DNA of 64,000 nucleotides from NCBI GenBank assembly GCA_030704615.1, contig CM060733.1:47368001-47432000 (forward strand). The letters run 5' to 3'. Origin of the DNA: Takakia lepidozioides. Lineage: Eukaryota; Plantae; Bryophyta. The position numbers were made by a program, and so were the translations under genes. The notes under the pieces were generated by a model. That model did no database searches. It worked only from the letters and a program-made list of their open reading frames with translations, and was not told where the DNA came from. Shown here in pieces: positions 47,279 through 59,961 of the stretch (its first letter is position 1; each line of letters starts with the position of its first letter).

Positions 47279-50159
47279 AGGTGGTGACTATGTTGAGAGA
47301 TGTGCTGCTGACACGACAACCAAGTTGTAATGGGCACATACCAAAGTGGTTGTGGGTTCAATCCACCGATTGGTGTCACAAAGGTGTCCACCTTCCTAAC
47401 CGAAGGCAGTAATCCTTTGGGGTGAAGAGACACCATAATTTGCGCTTCTTTAATATAATTATTATATAATAATATAATTATTGTTATTATTTCTATTATT
47501 ATTAATATGATGTAGTTTTTGTATTTTTAAAGAAAATATCTGCATAATAAGTTGATACTATGTGGTGGTATTTAGTATCTAGCAATGTTAGTTCGAATAT
47601 TTATAAAAAGACTCGGTAATAGAATGGCTCTGATTTTTCAGTCTCCTATTAGAAAACAACAGTCGGTAGCTCTGTTGGATAAGTGGACTGACTGTGTGCC
47701 ACCGACCATGTGGGGATTGGTACTGTCTGGTTTTGTGACCTTCGGTGGGTGTGGGTTCAAACTTCTATACTTATGCCTGCATGGCTTACAGCGGTTTCCC
47801 CCTCCGAGTCATTGTAGGGGCCCGCATTGTTTCCAGGTTTCCTTTTCAGAAAATACAGAAAAAGTTAAGTCAAGCTTTCCTCCCCTTTCACCCAAAAAAA
47901 AAAGAAAGGTAAAGTCAAAGTAAACACCGAGGCGGAGAGGATCATAGAGGCGATCTCCCTACTTGTGTGTGCATTCCTGGAACATCCAAAAGCACAAGAT
48001 GACCAAAGAAAGCACCATGGATGTAGTAGTACTACCATAAATGCCCTCAAAAGGCCAACCTACCTCACTGGCCGGTATTGTCAATAGTTACTGCTAAACA
48101 AATGCATGCAATTCATGCAAGCCCTGCCCTCTAGTAATTACGAATAGATAGTAAAAATCTGGTAGATCACACAGTGTTTATTAATAAATATCGCAGTAAC
48201 AGGATTTGAGCCCTGAATCACCCGGGTGGCACACAGGGTAATATCCTCATAAGCATGCACAAGAAGTTGAACTCCAGAGCTAAAGACCATGAAAATGTTC
48301 ATCCAAGGGATGTCATTCATTAGAAATATGGAGAGAATATTCTGGTGGCAATCGAATTGGAAGAGTAAATCGAAGAAAAAACAAAAGAAAAAAAAAGTAT
48401 GGGCGTGGAAAGCGGCTGAACCCTTTGCGTAGTCCTGCCTTTAGAAGGCAGGGCCAACAAACTGCATGGAATACATGCAAGCCCTACACGGCCCTATTGG
48501 TATTTTGAAACAATCAATCCATGTCCTCAATCTGCCAATTTCTTTTGCGTTTGTGTTATCATTTGTCCAGACTATTAGCCGATGAACTACATCTTGTTTA
48601 CATATCTCATCTATAACTATGGAAGAAATATTCCATTGACCCATCTTGAACTAATTCGTTTTGGTGGTAAGAATCAAAACCCTTGGTGTAGTCTTGAGTC
48701 TTGAGGGGGCAAGGCCAATAAGGTGGGGGTTATGCCCCCCACTTAGAGCCCTGAAATACTAATTATTCTTCTGTCACATTGAAATTCATACAACAATTTC
48801 TGTATGAAAATCAGCAACTGTAGATGAACTTGCTTCTACTACCTATGCAAGTTACGAACTGGAAAGAGGGATTCCTTTGTCCTCTACATGGAGTTCCAGT
48901 TTCCTTTGTCGTCTACATGGAACATAGAAGTTAAAAAGATGACTAGGTATGTATAACTGTTATTTAGAGACCCAACAGCCCGGCCCTGAATACACTTATT
49001 AGTGAGACCTCTAAACTGAAATTCAATCCCCAGGTGGGTCTGACTAACTTATCACTGACTGTCGGTGTCCAACGCTAACTGCTCTCCTAAAACTACAATG
49101 TAAGCGTCAAAAATCCCTTTGTAAGTATGCATGAGTGCCCTTCCTCTTCTTACTGTTCAAGTAACCAACAAGATTCTTCACACATTATCCCTGCCTACAT
49201 GTGGCATTCGGTGCGCAAGACAGGATCCCTCAGTCAGTGATTTATGGGCCTGCACACCCACCACCAACTTACCTCCTGCACTGTACTGCACTGCAGCCTG
49301 AGCAACACACAACAAACAATATCAAATCCTCCTTCGCATCCCTCGCGGGCTGCTGTTCAACAATCTCACTCATGCTATATGCGCTTTTTTTCGGCCGCCC
49401 TATCCCAGTCTTCACCAAAGATAAGAGAAATGAAATGAAATGGTGCTTTATAACGTCCTCGGAAAGCTCATAGAGCTTATGGAATAAAATGGAAGAAAAC
49501 ATGAGAGAGAGAGTGAGAGAGAGAGAGAGAGATCAGCGTGATTGAAAATGAATGAAAGAAAGAAGACGCCGGCCCGATATAGCAGGACTCGGGCAGCGGA
49601 AGAGGCAGCAAAAAAATGAGCGTACGCGGATTCGAACACAGCGGCAGGAAGTGCGGAGGAGCGGGAAGAGGGTTAGTTTGAACGCGGGGCCGGTCTGCAG
49701 CGCTTCCCCGCCGGGTGACCCTACGCCCGCTCGTCGCCCGGCGTCTCTCTTCCCGCTTCTCGCCATAGCTCTCGGCTCGATTCTGTGCGCCTTCATACCC
49801 CTGCCTGCATTCCATGCGCTCTGTTGGATCCGCGCTCTGCTGGTCAGTTTTCGCTTCTATTAGGTTGTCAAGAGCTGGACTGCAAGTTTCATTATCCTTT
49901 TTGGTCTGGGACTCTGTGTGTATGTGGGAAAAGAGAAAGAAGAGGAGGAATTAGAAATTTGGTATGTGCAAGGCGGTCACAGCAAGCTAGCGGAAAATGA
50001 ATGCTCGCTAGTTGCGCTTGCTTGTGTGCAGAGTCGTGATGGGATCTGGTGGAGCAGCCGCGGTTGACCCCAGCTGCCGTCGCTGAACGTCCATTACCTG
50101 CTGCTCCTCGATGCTTTCTTCGCCGGGCTCATCGTGAGCGTGCATTGCTTTAGGAAAGC

Positions 50160-53100
50160 ATGGCGAGTCGCCCCGACAAGGATAAAGGTGTCAACGTTCA
50201 GGTTCTGCTGCGCTGCAGGTCCGTCCTTTGTCTTTCCTTGATCTCCTTGCCTCGCAGCTATATGTGTTCCCGGCCTGTATAACGTGCTAAATGGAATCCA
50301 TGTTACTGGATGCAGGCCTTTCAGTGAGGATGAGCTCAAGGCAAATGCGCCACAGGTTATTTCTTGTCATGATCAGCGAAGGGAAGTGACGGTGTGCCAG
50401 AACATTGCTAGCAAGCAAATCGACCGCACATTCACCTTTGACAAGGTTCTGTGCCCTTTCTTGTCTTTATGGAGGTCACTGGTCTCGCATTGGCCTGAAA
50501 TGATCATCGGCTCACTTTCTTCTTCCACTGCAGGTATTCGGCCCGCAGTCTCAGCAAAGAGACCTCTATGATCAAGCGGTGGTCCCTATTGTCAATGAGG
50601 TGCTGGAAGGCTTCAATTGCACCATCTTTGCCTACGGTCAGACTGGTACAGGAAAAACTTATACAATGGAGGGCGCAGGAAGGAAGGCAAAGGTAAGTCT
50701 CGTCTTTACAGTGCGCGCTGTGTGCTAATGCTTCCTCCGCTGGGAATTCCAACAACTTGAACATCACGCTGGCATTGACTGCGTCATTATGATCATAAAT
50801 GCAGCTCAGAGTTAGAATCACCACAAAATGTCAGAGACATACTCTCTACCCTGAACCATGGGAAGGCCTACAAATGGTATGACTAGAGGCCGACTGTTCG
50901 CATAACCAAGACTTCCATTGACTAAAGAGCCTCATCCTTCGTTGCAGAATGGAGAGCTCCCGGTCGATGCGGGAGTTATTCCACGGGCTGTCCAGCAAAT
51001 TTTCGACACCCTGGAGAGTCAAAATGCAGAATATAGTGTGAAAGTAACATATCTGGAACTGTATAATGAGGAGCTTACTGATTTACTGGCACCTGAAGAA
51101 TATTCTAAAATCATGGATGACAAGAGCAAGAAACCATTGGCGCTCATGGAAGATGGAAAAGGAGGAGTTCTTGTCCGAGGCTTGGAAGAAGAGATGGTTA
51201 CAAGTGCAAGTGAAATTTACAGTCTACTGGATCGAGGATCTGCGAAGCGGCAAACTGCAGAGACGTTTCTCAACAAGCAATCCAGGTACGATGAATTCTT
51301 CCATTTCACTAAGGAATTCACCGGTATCCTGCTTATCAAATGAGTGTTCACAAGTTGTGTTAACTGTGTGAGGTGTCATTGGTTTATTGTTGCAGCCGAT
51401 CACATTCGATATTTTCGATAACCATCCACATCAAAGAGGCTACACCGGAAGGTGAAGAGTTAATGAAGTGTGGCAAGCTGAATCTGGTGGATCTGGCTGG
51501 GTCAGAAAACATCTCTCGGTCTGGTGCTAGGGATGTAAGTCATGCATCAACCATTTTATATATCTGTTGTGCTCGTCTGTTTTGCAAGCGAGGTGCCATA
51601 TTTGACAGTCAATGTGCAATTGAAGATGAACAAGCAATTTCAGAAACTGTTAGAAGCATGCCTCTTGCTGTATTTTCCTGTCTCAATGGAGCTTATGCGA
51701 CAGGGGCGAGCTAGAGAAGCAGGAGAAATCAATAAAAGTTTGCTCACACTTGGACGGGTCATCACTGCCCTCGTTGAACATCTAGGGCATATACCTTACA
51801 GGTTCATCCCTTGCACTGTGATCTCCCTCGTGTATAGGAGAAAATAAGAACGTAGCAGATTGAACTGCATAGTTTTTAGGTTCCTGTTATCCCTTTGTTG
51901 GGGTCACATCAGCACAGAGGTGGTTATTTACACTTGTCGTTGGGCAATTTTTAACAGAGACAGTAAGCTCACGAGATTGTTACGAGATTCCTTGGGTGGG
52001 AGGACCAAGACATGCATCATTGCAACAGTATCCCCCTCTGTACACTGCCTCGATGAAACATTGAGCACTCTTGATTATGCTCACCGTGCCAAAAACATCA
52101 AAAACAAGCCAGAGGTATGTGTTTGAATCACTAAATGGCAGTATGTATGTGATCTCTTTCATCTGACATCCAATGCTGGCTTAAGGAATCGATAGTGATC
52201 TGACCCAGTGCCTAAAAATGTTCTCCAGGTCAATCAGAAGATGATGAAATCTGCTCTTATCAAAGATCTATACGGAGAAATTGAGAGGCTTAAGTCAGGT
52301 GAATTTTCCATACCCAGATCTCTGTTCCTGTGAGCTTTTCATGACTCACCAACTAAAGGTGTGTTCTCTTTGATCAGTTTTGTGGATGGTCTGGCAAAGG
52401 AGTGTGACCTTCTTGTTGGCCTGCCAATAATTGTCAGGGATCCTGATATTCAGTTGAGTGCTCATGTTCTTGATGGATGGAACAGAAGTGTATGCTGCTC
52501 GAGAGAAAAATGGAATATATGTTCCACGAGACCGTTACTTTGAAGAGGAAGCTGAGAAAAAGGTTGGTGCTATCTGCTGCACCTCAGCTAGGTGAAATTG
52601 TTATTACTAGAAATGGCAGTAGCTTTCCATCTCACTTTGAGAAGTCAGTGTGTGCTGCATATCAGAAGAAGCTTATTCACTGCTGTATCTGAGATAATAT
52701 GCAACTTACATATTCTGCTGTTTCTACACAGGCCATGGCAGACAGGATAGAGCGTATGGAGTTCGAACTGGAAACCAAAGAAAAGGTACATTGTGAAGGT
52801 TGTCTCTGGCTGTACGCAATCATTGGAGGAGGTTAACATACAAAGTTTAATGTTGGGTCCCATTGGATGTGCCTGCAGCATCTCGAAGACATGCGTGTGA
52901 CCTGTGATTCTCAGCGTCAGCAGTATATGGAGCTAACTACTAAGCTGAACAATGTTCAGGTAATTCACAATTCGGACATACCCTCCTGGTTTCCAATTTA
53001 GAATCTCATTAGCTTGTAAGATTGGGTGAAAAAAAACTCCCTGTCTAATGATGCAAAATGGTTTTCATGCAGAAAAAATTGGAGCATACTCAAGAGGCTC

Positions 53101-56100
53101 TAACTGAAGCCAATGACAGCTTGAAGCAGGCCCATTTTGCAGTCAGAGAACGTGATTTTGTCATATCAAATCAGAGGGAAGCTGGTCAGTCATTCAATCT
53201 TGTTCTGATCAATCTAATAGTTAGTCTTCAGCACATTGTTTTAGTTGAGGACAGACCATTTCTGATTCGTGTCCATTGTTGCAGAGAAAGCACTCTTACA
53301 TCGTGCAGCTGAACTACGGAAGGAACTTGAGACAACCGTTCAAGATGTTGAAGGATTATTTGCAAAAATAGGTAATAGCAGCGCCCTGGCCTGCGTATGC
53401 TGTTTGGGTGTTGTTCTGAGAGGGCCTTTCATCTCTCTCCTACACCACCGTTCTTTCCAGACCATTCTTTTGAGCTGTTATGGCATTCTTGCAAACAGCC
53501 TTTGATCGAAGGGTGATGGGGTAAACAGAGCGAAAACAGGAGCTGGAGGCAAGGAACCAACAAGTGGTCCAGAGTTTCCAGAGTGGGCTGACAGGGCAGA
53601 TGCAAGAGCTTCGTAGTATGGTGGTGGCAGGTGTAGCCCAACAGCATCAGCAGCTCCACACTCTGGAGCAACAACTTCAGTCTTTCATAGACGGCAAAGA
53701 CCAGGTCCTTCAGTCCCCTAATTAACAGGCTGACTCTTCTGCTAAGCTTTTTGCATCGTGCTTGACTTGAATATAGCAAGCGATGGCTGGTTTTTGTTGT
53801 CTAGCTTTGCAGTAAGTATTTTGTTTGCTCAACACTTGCAGGCGGTGGATGAGTTGAAGAAAAGACTGCAAAGTCTGAGGTCCATGTACTCTTCACAGCT
53901 TCAGTGCGTGCACAATGTGGTGTATGCACACGAGAGCATTTCCACCTCCACGTTTGAGACCCTCCATTCCACAGTGTCTGCTCATCCTTCTATCCTTGAA
54001 CAAGTAAGCTGCCCTGGACTCGATTTGGTGTTTGCCACAGATTGAACTGGAATTCAACTGCATCACATTTTCAATGACGTGTTTAATTGCTGGAGAATGT
54101 CACGATCTTCCTGATGGGTGGGTGCAAACATTCTTGGGGATGGTACAGCTGATGGTGCAAACAGTTGCAGATGCTGAGGCCCTATTGCACAACCTGCAAC
54201 AGGCTCTATCAGACCAAGGGCTGGAACTGGCTGCATTTGCCCAACAACAACGTGAGGTCGGGCAATAACTGTAGTGTTTGTCTTGTGTCCCTCTGACATG
54301 ATATATTATTTGCTTACAAGGTTTCAAAGGACAATTGTATGTGCTATATTTCAGCTTGTTGTACACAATCTGGCATCAGTTTTAAACTGCAACCAAATCT
54401 GCAGCGAGGTCATTTACAGGACTTAACAGGTGAACATCTCTTCAATTGAGGATACTTCAGTGTTTTCTAAGATAGGCTGGTTGAGCTGCAGGCAGTACAG
54501 ATTAGCATGGATGCTACGAGATCTATTTCTCAAGTCATTTTAAGGTCATTATCAAACATGGAGACAGATGCTGCTGAGTTTGGACAATGCATCAGCACAA
54601 GCTGCACAACTCATGACCAAGGTCTCAGTGACCTTGCGGAGGCTTACGAGGTGATCCTCTGTACCATGCACTGGCACATGGCAGCTGCGGCGTAGTCGTG
54701 TAGTTTATAATACATGAGAACAGATGAATGTCCAAGGTACTCTAGATGGTCTCTTCAGCCAGCTGATGCACCCAACATGTCCTGACTAAGCTATTGATGG
54801 ACTTGCAGGACTATTCAAGGAAAGAGCATAATCAGCTGCTGGAGAATATCACTGCAATGCTGGCCAACTCTTTGTCACAAAGGACAGAGCTTGTAAGTGA
54901 ATCTGTTTGATAGGAGGGTGTTGTAAAACGAGAGATGTATGCGAGCCAAAGCAAGGAAAACTTACTCAAACTGATGATTGCCTGCAGGTACAGGCACATG
55001 TAAGCAGGTTGAGAGAAACAGCCACAAGAGATGCCCATGTGCTGCAGCAAGGCCTTGGGAAAGTGCAGCAGGAAGCTGTAGCTGCCAAGGGTGACCTGCA
55101 AGCCTTCCTTACCAATGCAGAAGGGTCTGCAGTAACAGCATCTGCATTGTTGGCGGCCAAGCACTGCCGTATGGAAGAGGTCCTCCAAAATTGGTGTGTC
55201 CCTGTGAATCTTTTGTTTGTGAGGGTGAATTCCAGTGAGATTCTGGTCAATAAGTGTTTGACATGTGTTGATCCAACTTCATCTGAAAATGTTGTGTTGA
55301 TGCAGTGCAAATGACACTGCGACTGCTGGAAAGCAGTGGAAACTGGCTCAAGAGTCGCTACAGGAGCTGGAGACAAGTCATACCTCTGTTGTGACGTCCA
55401 TTATTGGGTTGGTACCCAGTTCCGTTGCCTTCTGTCGAGATTAGCAAGCAGGCTGTCCCATCAACTTCTCCTATGACAGTAATCTTTCATCTGTATAGGT
55501 GGTTAACATGGTCCATTTTCAGCTAATGAAATGACATTTGATGCCCCTACAGTGGGCTGGTTTTGTATCAGAAACTAATAGGAGGGTTGCTGCAAACTTT
55601 GGATGTTGTTTCTCTGCAGGGAAGGAATGCAAGCAAATCAGGATCTTACAGTCAAACTTCATCAAATGGACGCTGCAGCTCAGTCTGACATTGAGACTGA
55701 AAACAGCTGCACTCTGACTTTCATCAACAGTATGTGCACTCTTGACCCTGGGTTCTTCCTCCTCTGTGGAGTCAGGTTTCACTTTTATATGTTGCAGAAG
55801 ATACTGTCTTAACACCATTGGCATGCAGGTACCCGTGATGAAGACCATGAAGCAGTTGCAAGAATGCAGTCCAGTATGGACGGAAAAAGGCTGGCTGCCA
55901 CGGATCTTGAAAAATGCCACAACAACAATTTGGTTCATATTCAAATGGGCATGGACCATTGTTTCAATGATGAATACATGGTAGGATTTCATTCCCACCC
56001 TACCCGCACTTGCATTACTTTTCTGTGACCTCAGTGACAGTGTAAAACATGGCATATGAACAACTTCAGCATTTTGGGGTGCAGGAGGATGCTGCAACAG

Positions 56101-56312
56101 CCACAACTCCAAGAAAGAGAGAGATTCATGTGCCAAGCCAATTTGCCATCAGTGCCCTGTGCACTCCTCCCCTTGACATTTTGCTGCAGGAGTTTCAAGC
56201 CAAAAACAGTGCACTGGTGCTTGAAGGAAGTGTCAAGCAGGGCAAGCTCTTTACGCCAGAAGATGCATCAATGCTGCGGGACTGCCGCATACCTCTCACC
56301 ACACTTAATTAG
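50160..56312 (+). CDS. Kinesin-5 (BimC/KIN5C-like) motor protein, >20 exons
   Basis: [20 protein letters not shown]|PFS; [14 protein letters not shown] (P-loop); [13 protein letters not shown]; [12 protein letters not shown]; [13 protein letters not shown]; [19 protein letters not shown]; coiled-coil stalk; BimC-box-like TTPRKR; ends RIPLTTLN*. Confidence 0.96.
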
Positions 56313-58439
56313 CTCAGCATTTGCAATTGTATCTTCGCCACGACATCAACTCCAGTTGATTTTATATGCTTCTGTTTTTCATCTAAGCGCCACTCCTTTC
56401 AGAAATTTGTGAATTCCAATCTTATAGGCTTTCTAACTTATTGAGAAGCCTCCACCTTCATGCACTGTATGGTATCAATGCCCTCCTATTCTGGAATTGT
56501 AATGCCATTCCTGGAAGGCTGTTTAGCATACTCCCCTTTGCTAACATGTAGCTGGTACAATGTTGTGCACTGTCCAAGTACCAGATCGGCAATTGATGCT
56601 GCCTCTCTGCATGCCCAATTTTCCAGGCTTGCAATTCAATTGTTGACTAAGAATTTTTAGAAACAGACATTGCCAAAATCGGATCTAACATGGTCTTCAA
56701 AGTAAACACTGAAAGTTTCTCAACTCTGTCAATCAAGCTAAAATAAAGCGCTTCTCATTGAACAGTATTAGGCCATTGAATTCCCGTGTTGCTGCGGCGG
56801 GTCTTCTTGTGGTAGAGGGGGTCGACGAGGGTGGGAGCGCCCCTACCCGGACCCGGCCAGTTTGATGTTGGGTGTGCCCAGGAAGCTAGTCTGTTGGGGC
56901 CCACAATGTGCACATAAAGCATTAGTTATTTGAAAGGTTTAAAGTAAGAGCAACTAACAAGAAGCACCAGGCGTTTTGTGTTCAAATCTTGTCAGGTTGT
57001 ATTGTGTCGGTAACGTGGTCATTATGTTCCATATAGGAAATATGTCGTTGATGAGTCAAAATCTCAAAGGGGCCAGCATGTTGCAATAGGATTTCATCAA
57101 AAAAGAACTGAACAGCTCATCTGAATGGGCACCTGGATGAAATCCAAGCAGCCATTCTGTTGGATAAGATCATGAACCTTCGTTTATAAAAGGGTTGAGC
57201 ACGGTGCTTATATACATTGGACATGGTGTTGCTCCTGTGTAACGGTGTGATGGATGTGTAATTGCTTGGATGAGTGGGAATCTAAGGAAGGGTATCACGG
57301 GCCTCTACGCAATATCCCTCCTTCCTCGCATGCTAGTTCTGCCGAGCTAACATCCCCCTGCTTAGCACGAACCTATAGAGGAGGGGAATAAACCCGATAG
57401 TGCAGAATCTGGCTTTCCAGGACCCACCCACGTCAAAAAAATTCGCTTTTTCAAGAACATTCGCTAGTCCAAGTTAGCCTATTTGCACAAGCAAAGAGTG
57501 GTCAAATCAGTTCTCAGACGAAGGATTGTTGATTTCAGTTTGGGGAGGATTCGCAAGGTGCTGTAACTTGTCGACATTCTCTCTACTCCCTGGGCTTCTC
57601 AAGCCCACTGCTTTGGCATCATCAAAAGTGGGTCTTGATTTCCAAAGCGCACCAACCCCACCACGGCTCTTTCATTCTCTTTGTTTCCATTCTCTCCCTC
57701 TTCAGTTAGAAGATCAACAACCTCAGTCAGGGTTGCGCGTGAGACCATATATTAAGGTGTAAATCCTCTCTCGACAATTGATGGAACTTAAAACACTATA
57801 TCTGTAATGCACATCCCCAATTGTTACCAGTTTCAGAGTCCAAGTCGCAATAAGACTGGTTCTTTTCCTCAAAAGGACAGAGCAAACTCAAGACCCTGTT
57901 GGAACTAATTGCTGCAAGAAGTCTGATGAAACAGGTGTGGTGATTTCTAGCAGAAAACCCTTGGCCCTGTCAAGATGGACTAGTAAGGGATTGTCGTGGA
58001 GGGAAATAAATACCAGTGTAGGTCACAGCCTCAGCCTTGTTGTCACACACTGCTACCACCAGCTTATCCCGCACATGCAACACAATGCTGCTAAGAACAC
58101 CATTTTCAAGACGGATTCTGGAGCGTAAAGAGAGACTGGAATTTTTTTGGCATCGTATTGCCAGAGACAATTCAACATAAGGTCAACCTTATTCCCAAGT
58201 TGCTACATCTCTGTGCACTGCTTGCCCCTCAATTCGAAACGCAGGTCGTTATTCAGGAAACATCATCTGCACCGTAGTGTAGTTCAGAGCCTTACTGTTT
58301 TTTTTGTTTTTGTTTTGCCAAGCCCTTACGGGGTCACTGGAGCAGGAGGTGGTGCTACAGGCGCAATTGTGGATCATGTGGGGATCTTTCTTCTTTGGTG
58401 GTCTTTCCATCAACCGCAACCAACTCATTAGAAAGGAGC

Positions 58440-58790
58440 TCATGGAGCTACATGTCAGGAGAACTTGGAAGATACCCAACCTCACGACAAAGCTCCATTT
58501 CTATCGAGAAACATTCTTGGTTCTCCGAGATATATAATCTTGCGGCCCAATTACCTTTCGGCCTCTTTATCTCCTTCTCTCCTGAGAGCTTTGGGGCGGT
58601 TCAGGGTGGGCTCCCACAACCTACAGATAGAGACTGGCAGATGGGAAAACCTGCATAGGGAGGACCGCCTCTGTCCAGCTTGCATAGGGCGCAACCAGGA
58701 AGTTGAAACTGAAGAACACTTCTTCTTCTATTGCCCTCTATACTATGAGATCCGTGGGAGATTCCTTTGCTCGCCCCCATGCTCCTCTTT
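58440..58790 (+). mobile_element. Non-LTR retrotransposon (RTE-X/L2-like) ORF2 3' fragment with CCHC zinc knuckle
   Basis: LRALGRFRVGSHNLQIETGRW...DRLCPAC....VETEEHFFFYCPLYYEIR. Confidence 0.8.
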
Positions 58791-59961
58791 GGGGTGCCTC
58801 CAAGGGTTTGCAGTGGCCTGCAGATGGTCATGCCCACACTCTGTTGGCGCACCCTATCAGTACAAACCTGGATGCTGACAGTCGAGTTTCTCCGGTTATT
58901 GCTAAAATCAAGTGAAGCTTACTAATGGGTGTTCTGCTCGATTATCTCTTGCTGAAATTTGTCTCAGGGGCAGGTTTGGAGCTCTTGTCAGGTCTGGGCC
59001 TCGTCAAGGGCTCTCACTCTTGGGCATATTTGGAAACGTAATTGTGGTTGGCTCTTTAAGTCCACAGCTCCTTCTATTCCGGCCACTCTGCATTCGATCT
59101 ATTTTGATTTACTAACAGAGGGCTCTAAAGCTTGGAATGTGCTCTCCGCCGCTCTTTACAGAAGCTCTGAAGACATGAGACTTGCCCCCGACGCCTGGTG
59201 GGGCTGGAGAGGAATCATCTGCTCCGGTTATTCTGCCGGTGCCACAGTCTGGTCCACCAGCCTTCCAAGGGCATGGCGGCTCCCCTAATCCTTGGTCTCC
59301 TCGGGATTTCAACGACGACTGGCGGCACCGTAAGAACCGAAATTCTAAGCTAAATCCCATGCATCTTAACTTCGAGTCCCTCCGCACCAAACGTGGCTGA
59401 TCTTCTTCCTCTTTCATCCATAGCTCATTAGTCAGTGCCAGCTTGCCACTTCTCTCTAAGTCCCTATCGTTCTGAAGAATTGTCGTGTTTCATGCACGTG
59501 AACGTGAAAAAGTTGCTTGTCCTGAAAGTAGAAAAATCAGAGAGTTGACGGAGCACAAGTGCTCACTGCCGAGTCCTGTAGTGCGAGGTCCTTGCGAGAC
59601 GAGGACGATGAGGATGATGCGGGGGTAAGTAGGCCTCGTAGTCAAATGCACGTGGGACACTGGAGCCCATGTCGCGCTATGGAGTTGTTGGTCGAGAGTG
59701 CTGACGACGGAGGGCCCGCGTTCCAATGTATAAAATGGAGGCAGAGTCTGTGCACACTCATGTGTATATTTCACACACTAGCCTAGTGTGTATTCCAGGC
59801 TTAAGCCATCTTCGGGGCATAAACTCGCTAAGAGTATTTTACCTTCAAACTTATTGATCGCTGCGCAGGGGTGTTGTCGGACACTTTGGTCTCTCTGCGA
59901 ATACAGTTCCTAGACATTGGACTTGAGAAAGGTTGGGAGAGTCGTCTTGCCCGAGTTCGAT

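Noticed and set aside
50039-50137. Two short uORFs upstream of kinesin-5
   Set aside because: An acceptor-like TTTAG at ~50149-50153 suggests they may be intronic; unsupported without transcripts.
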